From Anaerolineae bacterium (lineage in GTDB: Bacteria; Chloroflexota; Anaerolineae; JACIWR01), in contig JACIWR010000001.1 of NCBI GenBank assembly GCA_014360845.1, forward strand, positions 1 to 58,021: a DNA stretch of 58,021 nucleotides, read 5' to 3'. Under the pieces are notes generated by a model. That model had not been told where the DNA came from. It saw nothing but the letters and a program-made list of their open reading frames with translations, and made no database searches. Position 1 is the stretch's first letter, and the number at the start of each line of letters is the position of its first letter. The position numbers and the translations under genes were made by a program. This document shows, one piece after another, positions 1 to 8,236 of the stretch.

Positions 1-143
1 TATGCGTTTCTGAACGCGAGCAGGTTGTGTCAACCGCCCGCTAATTATAGCAGAATGTCTTGCTATTCGCTAATATCGCCTTGAGAGGGCCGGGCCGTAT
101 CGGTAAGGGGAGTAGGAAGCCCCCGATCTCGAGGGCCAAGTGG

Positions 144-225
144 GTCGGGCCCGTGGCCCGACGCGGATGCGGCGGGGCATGGCCCCGCCCTGCTGTCCTC
201 CCTCACTGCGTGAGAGGCTTGCAGA
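144..225. repeat. Intergenic repeat family R1 (core GGGGCATGGCCCCGCC preceded by CCCGACGYGG hairpin), copy a
   Basis: Hand alignment with 1069..1146 and 44638..44706. Shared core is gtcgggcccgtggcccgacg(c/t)ggatgcggcggggcatggccccgc. Confidence 0.7.
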
Positions 226-271
226 AAGCCCCCGCCGGTGAGGGGTCAAGAAGTAGACAGGGGACAAGTGG

Positions 272-300
272 TTGCAATCTGCAACATATTCGGGTATAAT
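272..300 (+). promoter_or_regulatory. Candidate sigma70-type promoter of the TA pair: TTGCAA (272..277), 17-nt spacer, TATAAT (295..300). The -35 lies in inverted repeat TTGCA-N3-TGCAA (272..284)
   Basis: Read directly from the sequence. The ATG is 38 nt downstream and is preceded by GGGAGG. Confidence 0.5.
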
Positions 301-337
301 ATGGACAACCGCATCAGTCTGAACCGGGAGGTACCCC

Positions 338-583
338 ATGCCCATCTTGCACGTGCGCAATGTTCCTGAGGATATATACGCGGCACTCAAAGCTCGTGCC
401 CAAGAGGAGGGCCGATCCTTGAGTGCCCAAGTCATCGTCATGTTGAGCCAGGCCCTCCAGCATCCCCCCCGTCCCCAAAGCGAGGTGTTGGCCGCGCTAG
501 ATGCTCGCCGCCACCGTTTTAGTCCACGAAAAGCCGGCGCGCCTTCCACAACCGAGTTGCTCCGCCAGGACCGGTCCCGATGA
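338..583 (+). CDS. Ribbon-helix-helix antitoxin (VapB/FitA-like)
   Basis: 81 aa. N-terminus MPILHVRNVPEDIYAALKARAQEEGRSL is typical of RHH antitoxins. 4-nt ATGA overlap with the downstream PIN gene. Confidence 0.75.
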   Translation: MPILHVRNVPEDIYAALKARAQEEGRSLSAQVIVMLSQALQHPPRPQSEVLAALDARRHRFSPRKAGAPSTTELLRQDRSR

Positions 584-1029
584 GCAACGCTTACGTCGTG
601 GACGCCAACGTGGTGGCCAAGTTATTCGTAGACGAAGAGCTATCCGACGAAGCGCGGGCACTACTGGGACGGCTGGCATTACCTGAACCAGATCAGTTCT
701 TCGCGCCTGATCTGATGCCGGTTGAGTGCGCTAACGTGCTGTGGAAGTACGTTCAGTTCTACGGCTACGATGTGGAGTTAGCACGGGCTAACCTGGACGA
801 CCTGACCGATTTGGCTATCCAGATGGTGCCTATGCACAGCCTGTTCCGAGAAGCTTTCGAGTTAGGCCACCGACTGAATATCACCATCTACGATGCCTGC
901 TACGTCGCCCTGGCCGAGGGTCTGGGATACCCCTTGATCACGACAGATGAGCCGCTGGCCCGACGGTTGACCGAGACGGGGCTATCGGTGCTCTATCTGG
1001 GCGATTTGCCCATGGAGCATTCCATGTAA
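580..1029 (+). CDS. vapC: PIN-domain toxin (VapC-type ribonuclease)
   Basis: 149 aa. N-terminal VVDANVV acidic motif and later ITIYDACYVALA and ITTDE motifs. Translationally coupled to the antitoxin. Confidence 0.85.
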   Translation: MSNAYVVDANVVAKLFVDEELSDEARALLGRLALPEPDQFFAPDLMPVECANVLWKYVQFYGYDVELARANLDDLTDLAIQMVPMHSLFREAFELGHRLNITIYDACYVALAEGLGYPLITTDEPLARRLTETGLSVLYLGDLPMEHSM

Positions 1030-1068
1030 CTGCTCAGGCTGGAGCTCAACTGCTTGCTGGTAGTTTCT

Positions 1069-1146
1069 GCGCCCGACGCGTCCGCGTCGGGGCATGGCCC
1101 CGCCCTACTGCTGTCATCCCTCCCTGCGCGAGGGGTTTGCGAGGGT
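1069..1146. repeat. Repeat family R1, copy b
   Basis: gcccgacgcgtccgcgtcggggcatggccccgccctactgctg aligns with copies a and c. Confidence 0.65.
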
Positions 1147-1168
1147 GAACCGGCAGCGCAGGGCCGCC

Positions 1169-2983
1169 CTACTGCCCCAGACGCATGGCCTGACTGAACT
1201 TCCTGGAAAAGCCCGGGACACTGGCCAACTCAATGTAACCGACCCGCCGGGCGAGGTCCTGCGCCTCGGCCCTTTTCCTACGCGAAATAAGCGCCATCTT
1301 AGCCCCCATGCCCGCCGCATTCCCCACCTGCCGAAATCGCTCCAGGGGCAACGAGGGCAACATACCGATGACAATGGCGCTGGCAACGTCAATGTAAGTG
1401 CCAAAAGCCCCGGCGATAATCACCTGGTCAATGTCCTCTTCGACCAGGCCATGGGCTTCGAGGAGGACCTGGATGCCGGTACGCATCGCGCCTTTGGCTA
1501 ACTGCAACTCCCGCACGTCCTTCTGAGTAAACGTGATCGCCGGGCGATTGTCGCCCTGCTCTTCCTCACTGATCAACACAAACTCGCGAGTGGCATTGAG
1601 GCAACGCACGCGCGGGTGCTCGTCGCTCATGCGTCCGCTGGCGTCCACCACACCCGCCAGATAGAGCTGGGCCAGCGTGTCGAGGATGCCGGAACCACAC
1701 AGGCCCACCGCCGGCGCTCCCCCGATGGTCTGATACTCGATCTGGTCTCCCTCCAGCCGCAACCGCTCGATAGCGCCGTTGGCCGCGCGCATACCGTGTT
1801 TGATGTGCGCGCCCTCAAAGGCCGGCCCCGAGGCGCAGGAGAGGCTGGTCATCTGCCCGTGGTTCGCCAGGCAAATCTCGGTGTTAGTGCCGATGTCGAG
1901 AGCCAGCACCACCCCCTCGGCCTGAGCGATGTCAACGGCGAGCAACATGGACACGTGGTCGGCGCCGACATAACCGGCGATGTTAGGCAGGAGATGCGCA
2001 TATCCCCCCGCAGCGATGTCCAGCCCCAGATCTCGGGCCTTGATGTCCATAGCGGAGGCGATGGCCGGCACATAGGGAGCATGAGATAGCTGCTGCACCG
2101 GCAGGCGTACCAGTAGGTGGTGCATGGCCGTGTTGCCCACGATCACCGCTTCGACAATGTCGCCGGGAGCGGCGCTCACCTGGGCACACATCTCGGCGGC
2201 GGCCTGGTTCAGGCCCTTGATCACCAGCTCCTGCAGGAGGGCAGCCTGGGCCGGGCCCTGCTGGGCGATGGACATGCGCGCTATCAGGTCCTCACCATAG
2301 GCGATTTGCGGGTTCATGAAACCCTGCGCGGCCAGCGTCTGCCCTGTCTCCAGATCAACCAGGTAAGCGGCGACTTTGGTCGTGCCCAGGTCCACGGCCA
2401 GCCCCAGGGGACGGGCATCCGCCGCCAGCAGAGCCACGATCTCCCCCTCACGCACTGCCACGCGGACTCGCCAGTCCTCATCCCGCAGAAAGCCGGGCAT
2501 CTGGCGCAAGGCGGTCAGGTCCACCCCAGGCGCGACGACCCCGTGCTGTTGGGCCAGCGCTTCCCGCAGACGTTCGGCATCGGCACACAAGTCATCCAGG
2601 GTGGGAGGCTCCAGGGTGACCAGGTAAGTCTCGACCAACGGTTCCGGTGTCACCGGTATATCCTCTCCCTCGACCTGGGTTCGCTGGGGAGCGGTCAGCG
2701 ACTCGGGCGGGACCCGCACTTTGCAAGCCCCCAGGGGCACTGTGCGACAGGCCAGCCGGTAACCCTCCGCCACTTCCTGGGGCGTGAGGAGCTCCTGCTC
2801 CTTGGGAGTCAGCTCTGAAACCGGGCCTTCCAGGACCTGCACCTTGCAGCGGCCACAACTCCCTACCCCACCACACAGGTTGACCAAATCCACGCCCAAC
2901 TGGCGGGCGCAGTCTAACAAAGTCCCTCCCGCGGGGCAATTTCCCCGGCGCCCGATGGGTTCAAAGTCAACGTGGACGGTCAT
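1169..2983 (-). CDS. Reductive activator of corrinoid proteins (RACo-type: N-terminal [2Fe-2S] ferredoxin plus DUF4445/ASKHA ATPase)
   Basis: CGGVGSCGRCKV ferredoxin motif and DLGTTKVAAYLVDL ASKHA phosphate motif. Start moved to MTVHVDFEP (ATG at 2983), which has a GGAG upstream. The longer ORF-track N-terminus runs into a repeat. Confidence 0.85.
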   Translation of the reverse strand: MTVHVDFEPIGRRGNCPAGGTLLDCARQLGVDLVNLCGGVGSCGRCKVQVLEGPVSELTPKEQELLTPQEVAEGYRLACRTVPLGACKVRVPPESLTAPQRTQVEGEDIPVTPEPLVETYLVTLEPPTLDDLCADAERLREALAQQHGVVAPGVDLTALRQMPGFLRDEDWRVRVAVREGEIVALLAADARPLGLAVDLGTTKVAAYLVDLETGQTLAAQGFMNPQIAYGEDLIARMSIAQQGPAQAALLQELVIKGLNQAAAEMCAQVSAAPGDIVEAVIVGNTAMHHLLVRLPVQQLSHAPYVPAIASAMDIKARDLGLDIAAGGYAHLLPNIAGYVGADHVSMLLAVDIAQAEGVVLALDIGTNTEICLANHGQMTSLSCASGPAFEGAHIKHGMRAANGAIERLRLEGDQIEYQTIGGAPAVGLCGSGILDTLAQLYLAGVVDASGRMSDEHPRVRCLNATREFVLISEEEQGDNRPAITFTQKDVRELQLAKGAMRTGIQVLLEAHGLVEEDIDQVIIAGAFGTYIDVASAIVIGMLPSLPLERFRQVGNAAGMGAKMALISRRKRAEAQDLARRVGYIELASVPGFSRKFSQAMRLGQ

Positions 2984-3012
2984 TTGAGTTTCGCTATCTC
3001 CTCGTATAATTA

Positions 3013-3118
3013 GGGCGAAGGTGTAGCGGCGGCCCGCTGTGACCACGTTCACGGGCGGACAGGATTTGTCCTGAGCCCGTCGAAGGGCCGTTCACCGCTA
3101 CACCACACACCTTCGCTC
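3013..3118 (-). repeat. Structured repeat family R4 (GTAGCGGCGG...CCGCCGCTAC closing stem), expanded copy 1, in the leader of the RACo gene
   Basis: Aligns with 26024..26079 and 42645..42700. Extra outer stem gcgaaggtgt / acaccttcgc. Confidence 0.7.
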
Positions 3119-3139
3119 TGCCGGCGGCTGTATGCAAAC

Positions 3140-3174
3140 GAGGTGACAGTCACTTCAGCAGTGACTGTCACCTC
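3140..3174. other. Perfect 15-bp stem / 5-nt loop hairpin between the UroD-like MT and RACo genes
   Basis: gaggtgacagtcact-tcagc-agtgactgtcacctc. No U-tract on either strand. Confidence 0.8.
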
Positions 3175-3185
3175 AAGGGCGCGGA

Positions 3186-4469
3186 TTAGTACACGCCGTA
3201 CTCTTTGGTGGCGTCTACCCAGACTTTGATGAGTTCGGGATCGCAGCCCTCCAACTCCATCACGTTGGTGGTCATGACGTAGCCACCGCCCTTGCCCACT
3301 TCCTGGCACAACTTCTTGGTGTACTCTCGCACGCGCTCTGGCGGGGTGCCCTTCTTGAGCAACGACAGCGGCATGCCGCCCATGATGCACATGGTATCGC
3401 CTACCACTTCCTTGACCTTGAAGATGTCGCTATCCTGGAAGGAGCCGATGGACTTGCCCTTCGGCAGTTCCGCCAGATACTGCAAGCGCTGATCCCACAC
3501 GCCCTCGTAGTAAACCCAGGGGGTGATGCCGGCATCAATCAGCGCCAGCATGACCTCTTTCAACTGGGGCCAGTAGAACTTCTCGAACTGAGCCAGGGAC
3601 ATGAAGCCATCGGAGCCCCGGTGCAGGGGGATGAAGACATAGGGGTTGCCCGTGGACTTGCAGAAGTTGATGGCGAACTCGAGCTGGAAGCGGGCCACCT
3701 TCTCCTCAGCGGCCAGCAGCTTATCGGGCTGTCGCATCATGTCCAGGAAGATACCGCGCATACCGCGCAAGGTGTCGGACATGAAGTCGAAGGGGGCCTC
3801 AATGATGCAGGCCAGGAAAGTGAGGGGCGGGAAACCCAGCGCGGCCAGTCGCTGAGCGGACTCCATCGCGCGCGCACCCCACTCCGCCGTTAGCTGGGCG
3901 GCTTTGCTGATGGCCTCCAGGGCAGCGACCACCGGCGGCGCTGTGAGCACTCCGTAGTTGAAGGTGTTGTAATAGCCGAACAGCGACATGCCCAGCGGGG
4001 GCAGCATCGCGAATCCCTCGCAGGCGCTGAAAGCGCGTGGCAGGTATACGCGAATGGCCCAGTCGGCGGGGTCTTCCAGAAAGGCATCGTAGTCCTCAGC
4101 CTTCATGAACTCGTGCTCCACGAACTGGAAGGAGCCGTTGGGTCCCAGGCCATGACCAGGCCATTTGGTCATGCGGTCGCCCAGTACTTTACTGGGTTCG
4201 GGAGTGTGCCAGGCCCCCATAACCATATCCGGCTGGAAGTACAGCGCCGCCTTTTCCAGCAGTTCCTGCGTCTTATCGGGGTTCTCATAAAGCTCTTGCT
4301 TGGTGATGCCTCCCATCTCGGCGAGCAGGTAGCCCACACCCAAAACGATGGGGATGCGGTCGGGCTGCTTGAGTTGTAAGGCATCGGTGACGCGCTTGGC
4401 CCTCTCAGCACACAACTGTTCGGGGGTCTTGCCCGCGTCTGGCGATGAGGCAGTAGACTTATCGGTCAT
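3186..4469 (-). CDS. UroD-family (MtaA/CmuA-like) methyltransferase, O-demethylase MT I-like, paralog C
   Basis: 427 aa. Shares conserved blocks with the other three paralogs (FIPLHRGSDGFMS, FEKFYWPQLKEV, AELPKG, CIMGG). AGGAGG 7 nt upstream of the ATG. Confidence 0.8.
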   Translation of the reverse strand: MTDKSTASSPDAGKTPEQLCAERAKRVTDALQLKQPDRIPIVLGVGYLLAEMGGITKQELYENPDKTQELLEKAALYFQPDMVMGAWHTPEPSKVLGDRMTKWPGHGLGPNGSFQFVEHEFMKAEDYDAFLEDPADWAIRVYLPRAFSACEGFAMLPPLGMSLFGYYNTFNYGVLTAPPVVAALEAISKAAQLTAEWGARAMESAQRLAALGFPPLTFLACIIEAPFDFMSDTLRGMRGIFLDMMRQPDKLLAAEEKVARFQLEFAINFCKSTGNPYVFIPLHRGSDGFMSLAQFEKFYWPQLKEVMLALIDAGITPWVYYEGVWDQRLQYLAELPKGKSIGSFQDSDIFKVKEVVGDTMCIMGGMPLSLLKKGTPPERVREYTKKLCQEVGKGGGYVMTTNVMELEGCDPELIKVWVDATKEYGVY

Positions 4470-4620
4470 TTGATTTCCTCCTGGCTATTGATGTGCGTGG
4501 GTCGGGCTGGACACATGCCCAGCCGAGCGTGTTTACCGACCTAGCTACCCGACAGTTTTGCCCAGGTGTCGCTGCGCAGGGTGCAAGAGGTCCCGAAGCA
4601 GCCTCGCGGCCACGAGGGAG

Positions 4621-4766
4621 CATCCTGAGCGGAGCGCAGCGGAGTCGAAGGTGCATCCTGAGCGGAGCGCAGCGGAGTCGAAGGATGCGGGGCTCGCCCT
4701 TTCGTCATCCTTCGACTACGTTCGTCCCTCCGCTGCCGCTGCGGGACTCACTCCGCTCAGGATGAC
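4621..4766. repeat. Tandem duplication of catcctgagcggagcgcagcggagtcgaagg (units start at 4621 and 4654) plus complementary arm, forming a long imperfect hairpin
   Basis: Direct reading. The complementary arm tccttcgac...ctccgctcaggatg lies at about 4708..4764. Related to 32946..33042. Confidence 0.75.
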
Positions 4767-4857
4767 CACTGCCCCAAGGATGGCGCGGAGCACCTTTCTG
4801 CAATGGCATCTTCAAACTGTCAGGTGACTAGTTTACCGACTATGCTCCGTCCAATGA

Positions 4858-6186
4858 TTAATAACAGTACTCCCTGGCCACAGCTACCATGGCGTGGAGG
4901 TTTTCCTCCCTGGCTTCATCCACCTGGCAACCATTGGTCAGGATGAAATTGCCGTCCTGGGCACAAGTTTCGATCAGGTTTCGGCAATAAGCTCGCATTT
5001 GATCCGGGGTGCCCGTGGCCGTCAACGAGGCCGGCACGTTACCCATGATGCAGCACACATCGCCCAGCACTTCCGCAGCACGTTTCATGTCCGTCTGGTC
5101 AAAATGCCACAGACTGGCCCCTTTGGGCAACTCGGCGATGAACTCCAGGCGCTGATTGTAGCTGCCCTCGGCAAAGGGCGTGGGGATAAACCCGTCCTCG
5201 ATCAGGGCCAGCATCACCGCCTTGAGCGACGGCCAGTAGAACTTCTCAAACTGCTCCACCGACATGAAGCGGTCGGCCCCCTTGTGCAAGGGAATGAAGA
5301 CAAAGGGGCTATCTGAAGGCTGCGCGAGGGTACTCTCTATCATCAAGGGCACGTATTTCTCACAAGCCGCGATGAGTTCATCCGGGCGTCGGTACATGTC
5401 TATCATAATGCCCCGCGTGCTACGCAACGTATCGCCGATTGCATCAAAGGGGGCAACGGCCAACGGTCCCCAGAGCTGCGGGAACCCGTGTCGCGGCGGG
5501 TCTTGGACTGCGGCGACCATGGTCTGCATCACGCCTAAAAGGTGCGTGGCCGCCTCTTTCATCACTTCCAGCGCTTCCTGTACTTCGGGGAGAGCGAAGG
5601 GCAAGAGCAAGCTATCAACAAAGCCGTAGCCCAGGGCAAACTTGGGGAGCTTTTGCAACGCCCCCAGGGAACCACACATGCGGGGCAAAGCGCGTCGTAG
5701 AATGAAATCCGAGGGGTCGCTGAGCAGCAGGGGATACTCATCCTCTTTCATGAACTCGCATTCTACAAACTGGTAAGACTGCTCCGGAGCGACGCCGTGG
5801 TCCGGCCACTTCATCACTTTGTAATCCAAGAGTTCAAAAGCTTTGCCCGAAAACATGAGCAGGAAGGGAGAGGCGTCGGGTTGCAGGTCCAGACAGAACT
5901 GGGTGTTGGCCCGCGCCGCCTCCCACCATTGATCGTAGAACAAGGACCTGGGCGTCAGGCCCAGGCGTCGTTGGGCATACACTCCGACGGCGATGAACAC
6001 GGGTACGCGGGCCGGTTTCTTATCCAGTTCAACCGCCTCACGGAGCAATTGGGCCCGTTCTTGATAAGCTCTTTTGGCCTCAGCGCTGACAAAGTCAATC
6101 CCTTCACCACTGCACCAGTGGTCTAACCTTGCCTTGCGCCTTTCTTCCACGGAGAGCTCATTCCAATTATCGGGTTTGACGAACAT
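4858..6186 (-). CDS. UroD-family methyltransferase (MT I-like), paralog B
   Basis: Start set at MFVKPDNWNELSVEERRK (ATG at 6186) by homology with the N-terminus of paralog A. The 77-aa ORF-track extension lies in repeat DNA. Confidence 0.8.
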   Translation of the reverse strand: MFVKPDNWNELSVEERRKARLDHWCSGEGIDFVSAEAKRAYQERAQLLREAVELDKKPARVPVFIAVGVYAQRRLGLTPRSLFYDQWWEAARANTQFCLDLQPDASPFLLMFSGKAFELLDYKVMKWPDHGVAPEQSYQFVECEFMKEDEYPLLLSDPSDFILRRALPRMCGSLGALQKLPKFALGYGFVDSLLLPFALPEVQEALEVMKEAATHLLGVMQTMVAAVQDPPRHGFPQLWGPLAVAPFDAIGDTLRSTRGIMIDMYRRPDELIAACEKYVPLMIESTLAQPSDSPFVFIPLHKGADRFMSVEQFEKFYWPSLKAVMLALIEDGFIPTPFAEGSYNQRLEFIAELPKGASLWHFDQTDMKRAAEVLGDVCCIMGNVPASLTATGTPDQMRAYCRNLIETCAQDGNFILTNGCQVDEAREENLHAMVAVAREYCY

Positions 6187-6205
6187 GTTTGTCCCCTTTC
6201 TTAAG

Positions 6206-6282
6206 TAGGGCAGGCTTCGCCGTGAGCGCTCAGCCGAACGGCTGGCGGCGGCTACGTCGGGCAGACCTCGGGGCCTCGAACT
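6206..6282. repeat. Repeat family R9 (gtagggc.ggcttcg.cgtgagcgctcagccgaacgg.tggcggcggctac), copy a
   Basis: Aligns in inverse orientation with 12197..12273. Confidence 0.7.
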
Positions 6283-6556
6283 CGAACAGCGCCCCAGCGC
6301 CATCACCGGTTGGGAAAGCCCCAGGAGCCGCCTACCTGCCATCGAGACGGCGGGTCCAGAAGACCACTGCTCAGCAGTGAGCGCCAGGCACTTCTGGGGT
6401 GGCTGCGATGATGGCATTGATCAAGCGAAGTGCCTGGCACTCGAACTGCACTGGTAAAGAAAGCCCTGCTGACCCGCCGGCGGCCCGACGCAAATCACGC
6501 CTGGTCAGGGCTGCCTGCCCTGCAGCAGAACAGTGGCCCTACCGCCTTCCGCTTTG

Positions 6557-8170
6557 TCAGGAAGCGGGTGCGGCGGCAGGAGCCCTCTTGTCCTCGACCT
6601 CCATCTCGATGGAGATCTCGGGAATGGCGAGAATCAGCAGGAAGGAAAGGACCATAGTGATCGCACCGATCAAGAAAGCGGCTTTCAGGCCAGCTTCCAG
6701 GGAGCTACGTACAGCTTCCACCGTTTGCGTAAAGAGCGCCGGCCCATTGTCGCCGAGGGCGTTGAAGCTCTCCTCGAGGGCAGCCATCACGGGCGGCGAA
6801 AGCAGCATGCGCGGATCGTTCAGCGAGGCCAGTGTGGCCTCATCCAGCACCTGAGGCAACTCGGCGGGCAACTCGGCGGCCAGGTTCTTGGCGTATACCG
6901 AGTTCATCGCCGAACCCAAGATGGCCGGAGCGATGGCCATGCCGATCATAACGAAGAAGTAGATGCCCCCCGTGGCCACGCCCAGCAGTCGCTTGGGCAC
7001 AGCGTACTGAACCACCAGAGTGTTGATGGTGGGGATAGTGCCGATTCCCAGGCCCATCACCGTGGAGACCAAGAAGCTCATCCACACGGGGCTCTGCGCG
7101 TTCATGGACCACAAGAGGAACATGGCCCCGACCATGATGGCGTACCCCACCAGGTACATCCATTTATAGCGCTTCGTTTTGGCCAACAACAGTCCGGCGA
7201 AGATGCCCATGAAGCCCATCAAAACCGAGAAGGGGGTCAGAATCTGCCCGCTCAGAGTGCCGCTGAGACCCTGCACTCCCTGGTGGAAAAGCGGGAAGTA
7301 GACCATGATCGCTACCAGACCAAAGAGGGAGAGCAAACCGGACATGGAAGCGATCATGAAAGTGCGATTGGTGAGCAGTTGGGGATCCAGCATCGGTTCC
7401 TCGGCCTTCGACTCCACCCAGATGAAGAGGGCCCAGAAGACCACGGAGCTACCCAGCAACCCGATGATCTGAATCGAGCCCCAGGGATACATCGCGCCGG
7501 CCCAGGAGAAGCCCAACAGCATCGTCGAAGAAGCCACGGCCAGGATCACAGAGCCGAGGAAGTCAATCTTGTGCGCGGCCTGCTTCTTCAGCGAAGGAAC
7601 GCCGATCAAAACGGCTATCACCGACAACACCAGCAGCGGCACGCTGAGCCAGAAAATCAAGCGCCAGCCCCAGGTGTCCATGATGTAGCCACCCAGAGTG
7701 GGTCCTACCAGAGCGGCCAGCCCCGAGGGTATGTTCAGCAGCCCGCCCCACTTGCCGCGCTCCACGGGATCGAAGAGATCACCCAACACGGAGAAGCACA
7801 GGGCGGCCAGAGCACCCTGACCCAGACCCAGGATACTGCGGGCAACGATCAAGAAGATAAAGGTCTGGCTGACCGCGCTCAAGACAGAACCCAACAGGAA
7901 GAAGCCCAGGGATACCAGCAGGATAATGCGGCGGCCATACAGGTCCGAGAGCTTACCGAAAATCAGCGTCACAAAGGCCGAAGCCAGGGAGGGCGCAGCC
8001 ACAGCCCAGGAGTACAGGGCCATCCCGTTCAACTCGGCAGCCATTTTCGGCAGGGTGACGGTCAGAAGGTTCATGACGGCATAGGAGGTGAAGTACACGA
8101 GGAAGACGGCTACCAGAGCCCGAGTCACTCCCTTGTTGCTTGTGGCACTGGGTTGTTCTGCCTGTAGCAT
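6557..8170 (-). CDS. MFS transporter (DHA2/EmrB-like, many TM segments)
   Basis: 537 aa, hydrophobic throughout. MFS motif GKLSDLYGRR after TM2. Confidence 0.85.
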   Translation of the reverse strand: MLQAEQPSATSNKGVTRALVAVFLVYFTSYAVMNLLTVTLPKMAAELNGMALYSWAVAAPSLASAFVTLIFGKLSDLYGRRIILLVSLGFFLLGSVLSAVSQTFIFLIVARSILGLGQGALAALCFSVLGDLFDPVERGKWGGLLNIPSGLAALVGPTLGGYIMDTWGWRLIFWLSVPLLVLSVIAVLIGVPSLKKQAAHKIDFLGSVILAVASSTMLLGFSWAGAMYPWGSIQIIGLLGSSVVFWALFIWVESKAEEPMLDPQLLTNRTFMIASMSGLLSLFGLVAIMVYFPLFHQGVQGLSGTLSGQILTPFSVLMGFMGIFAGLLLAKTKRYKWMYLVGYAIMVGAMFLLWSMNAQSPVWMSFLVSTVMGLGIGTIPTINTLVVQYAVPKRLLGVATGGIYFFVMIGMAIAPAILGSAMNSVYAKNLAAELPAELPQVLDEATLASLNDPRMLLSPPVMAALEESFNALGDNGPALFTQTVEAVRSSLEAGLKAAFLIGAITMVLSFLLILAIPEISIEMEVEDKRAPAAAPAS

Positions 8171-8236
8171 CGTAGAGTCTCCTTTGTAGTTTTGATGATT
8201 ATCACGCTTCGAGAAAAGTGTCGTATCGGGAATCCG

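Noticed and set aside
60-549. ORFs 60..299 (plus strand) and 70..549 (minus strand) at the left edge
   Set aside because: They overlap repeat R1 and the antitoxin gene. The translations are R/G/A/P-rich with no start signals.
6187-6417. Long N-terminal extensions offered by the ORF track. Affected ORFs are 4858..6417, 9572..10402, 19116..21140, 31880..32836, 39853..41217, 1169..3052 and 38715..39449.
   Set aside because: The extensions run through repeat elements or upstream genes. Internal ATGs with GGAGG-type SDs coincide with the N-termini expected from paralogs and families.
6533-8167. 544-aa plus-strand ORF covering the whole MFS gene
   Set aside because: It is antisense to a convincing transporter. 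The translation is low-complexity (H/Q/G/R-rich) with no SD or family resemblance. This is a typical shadow ORF in high-GC DNA.
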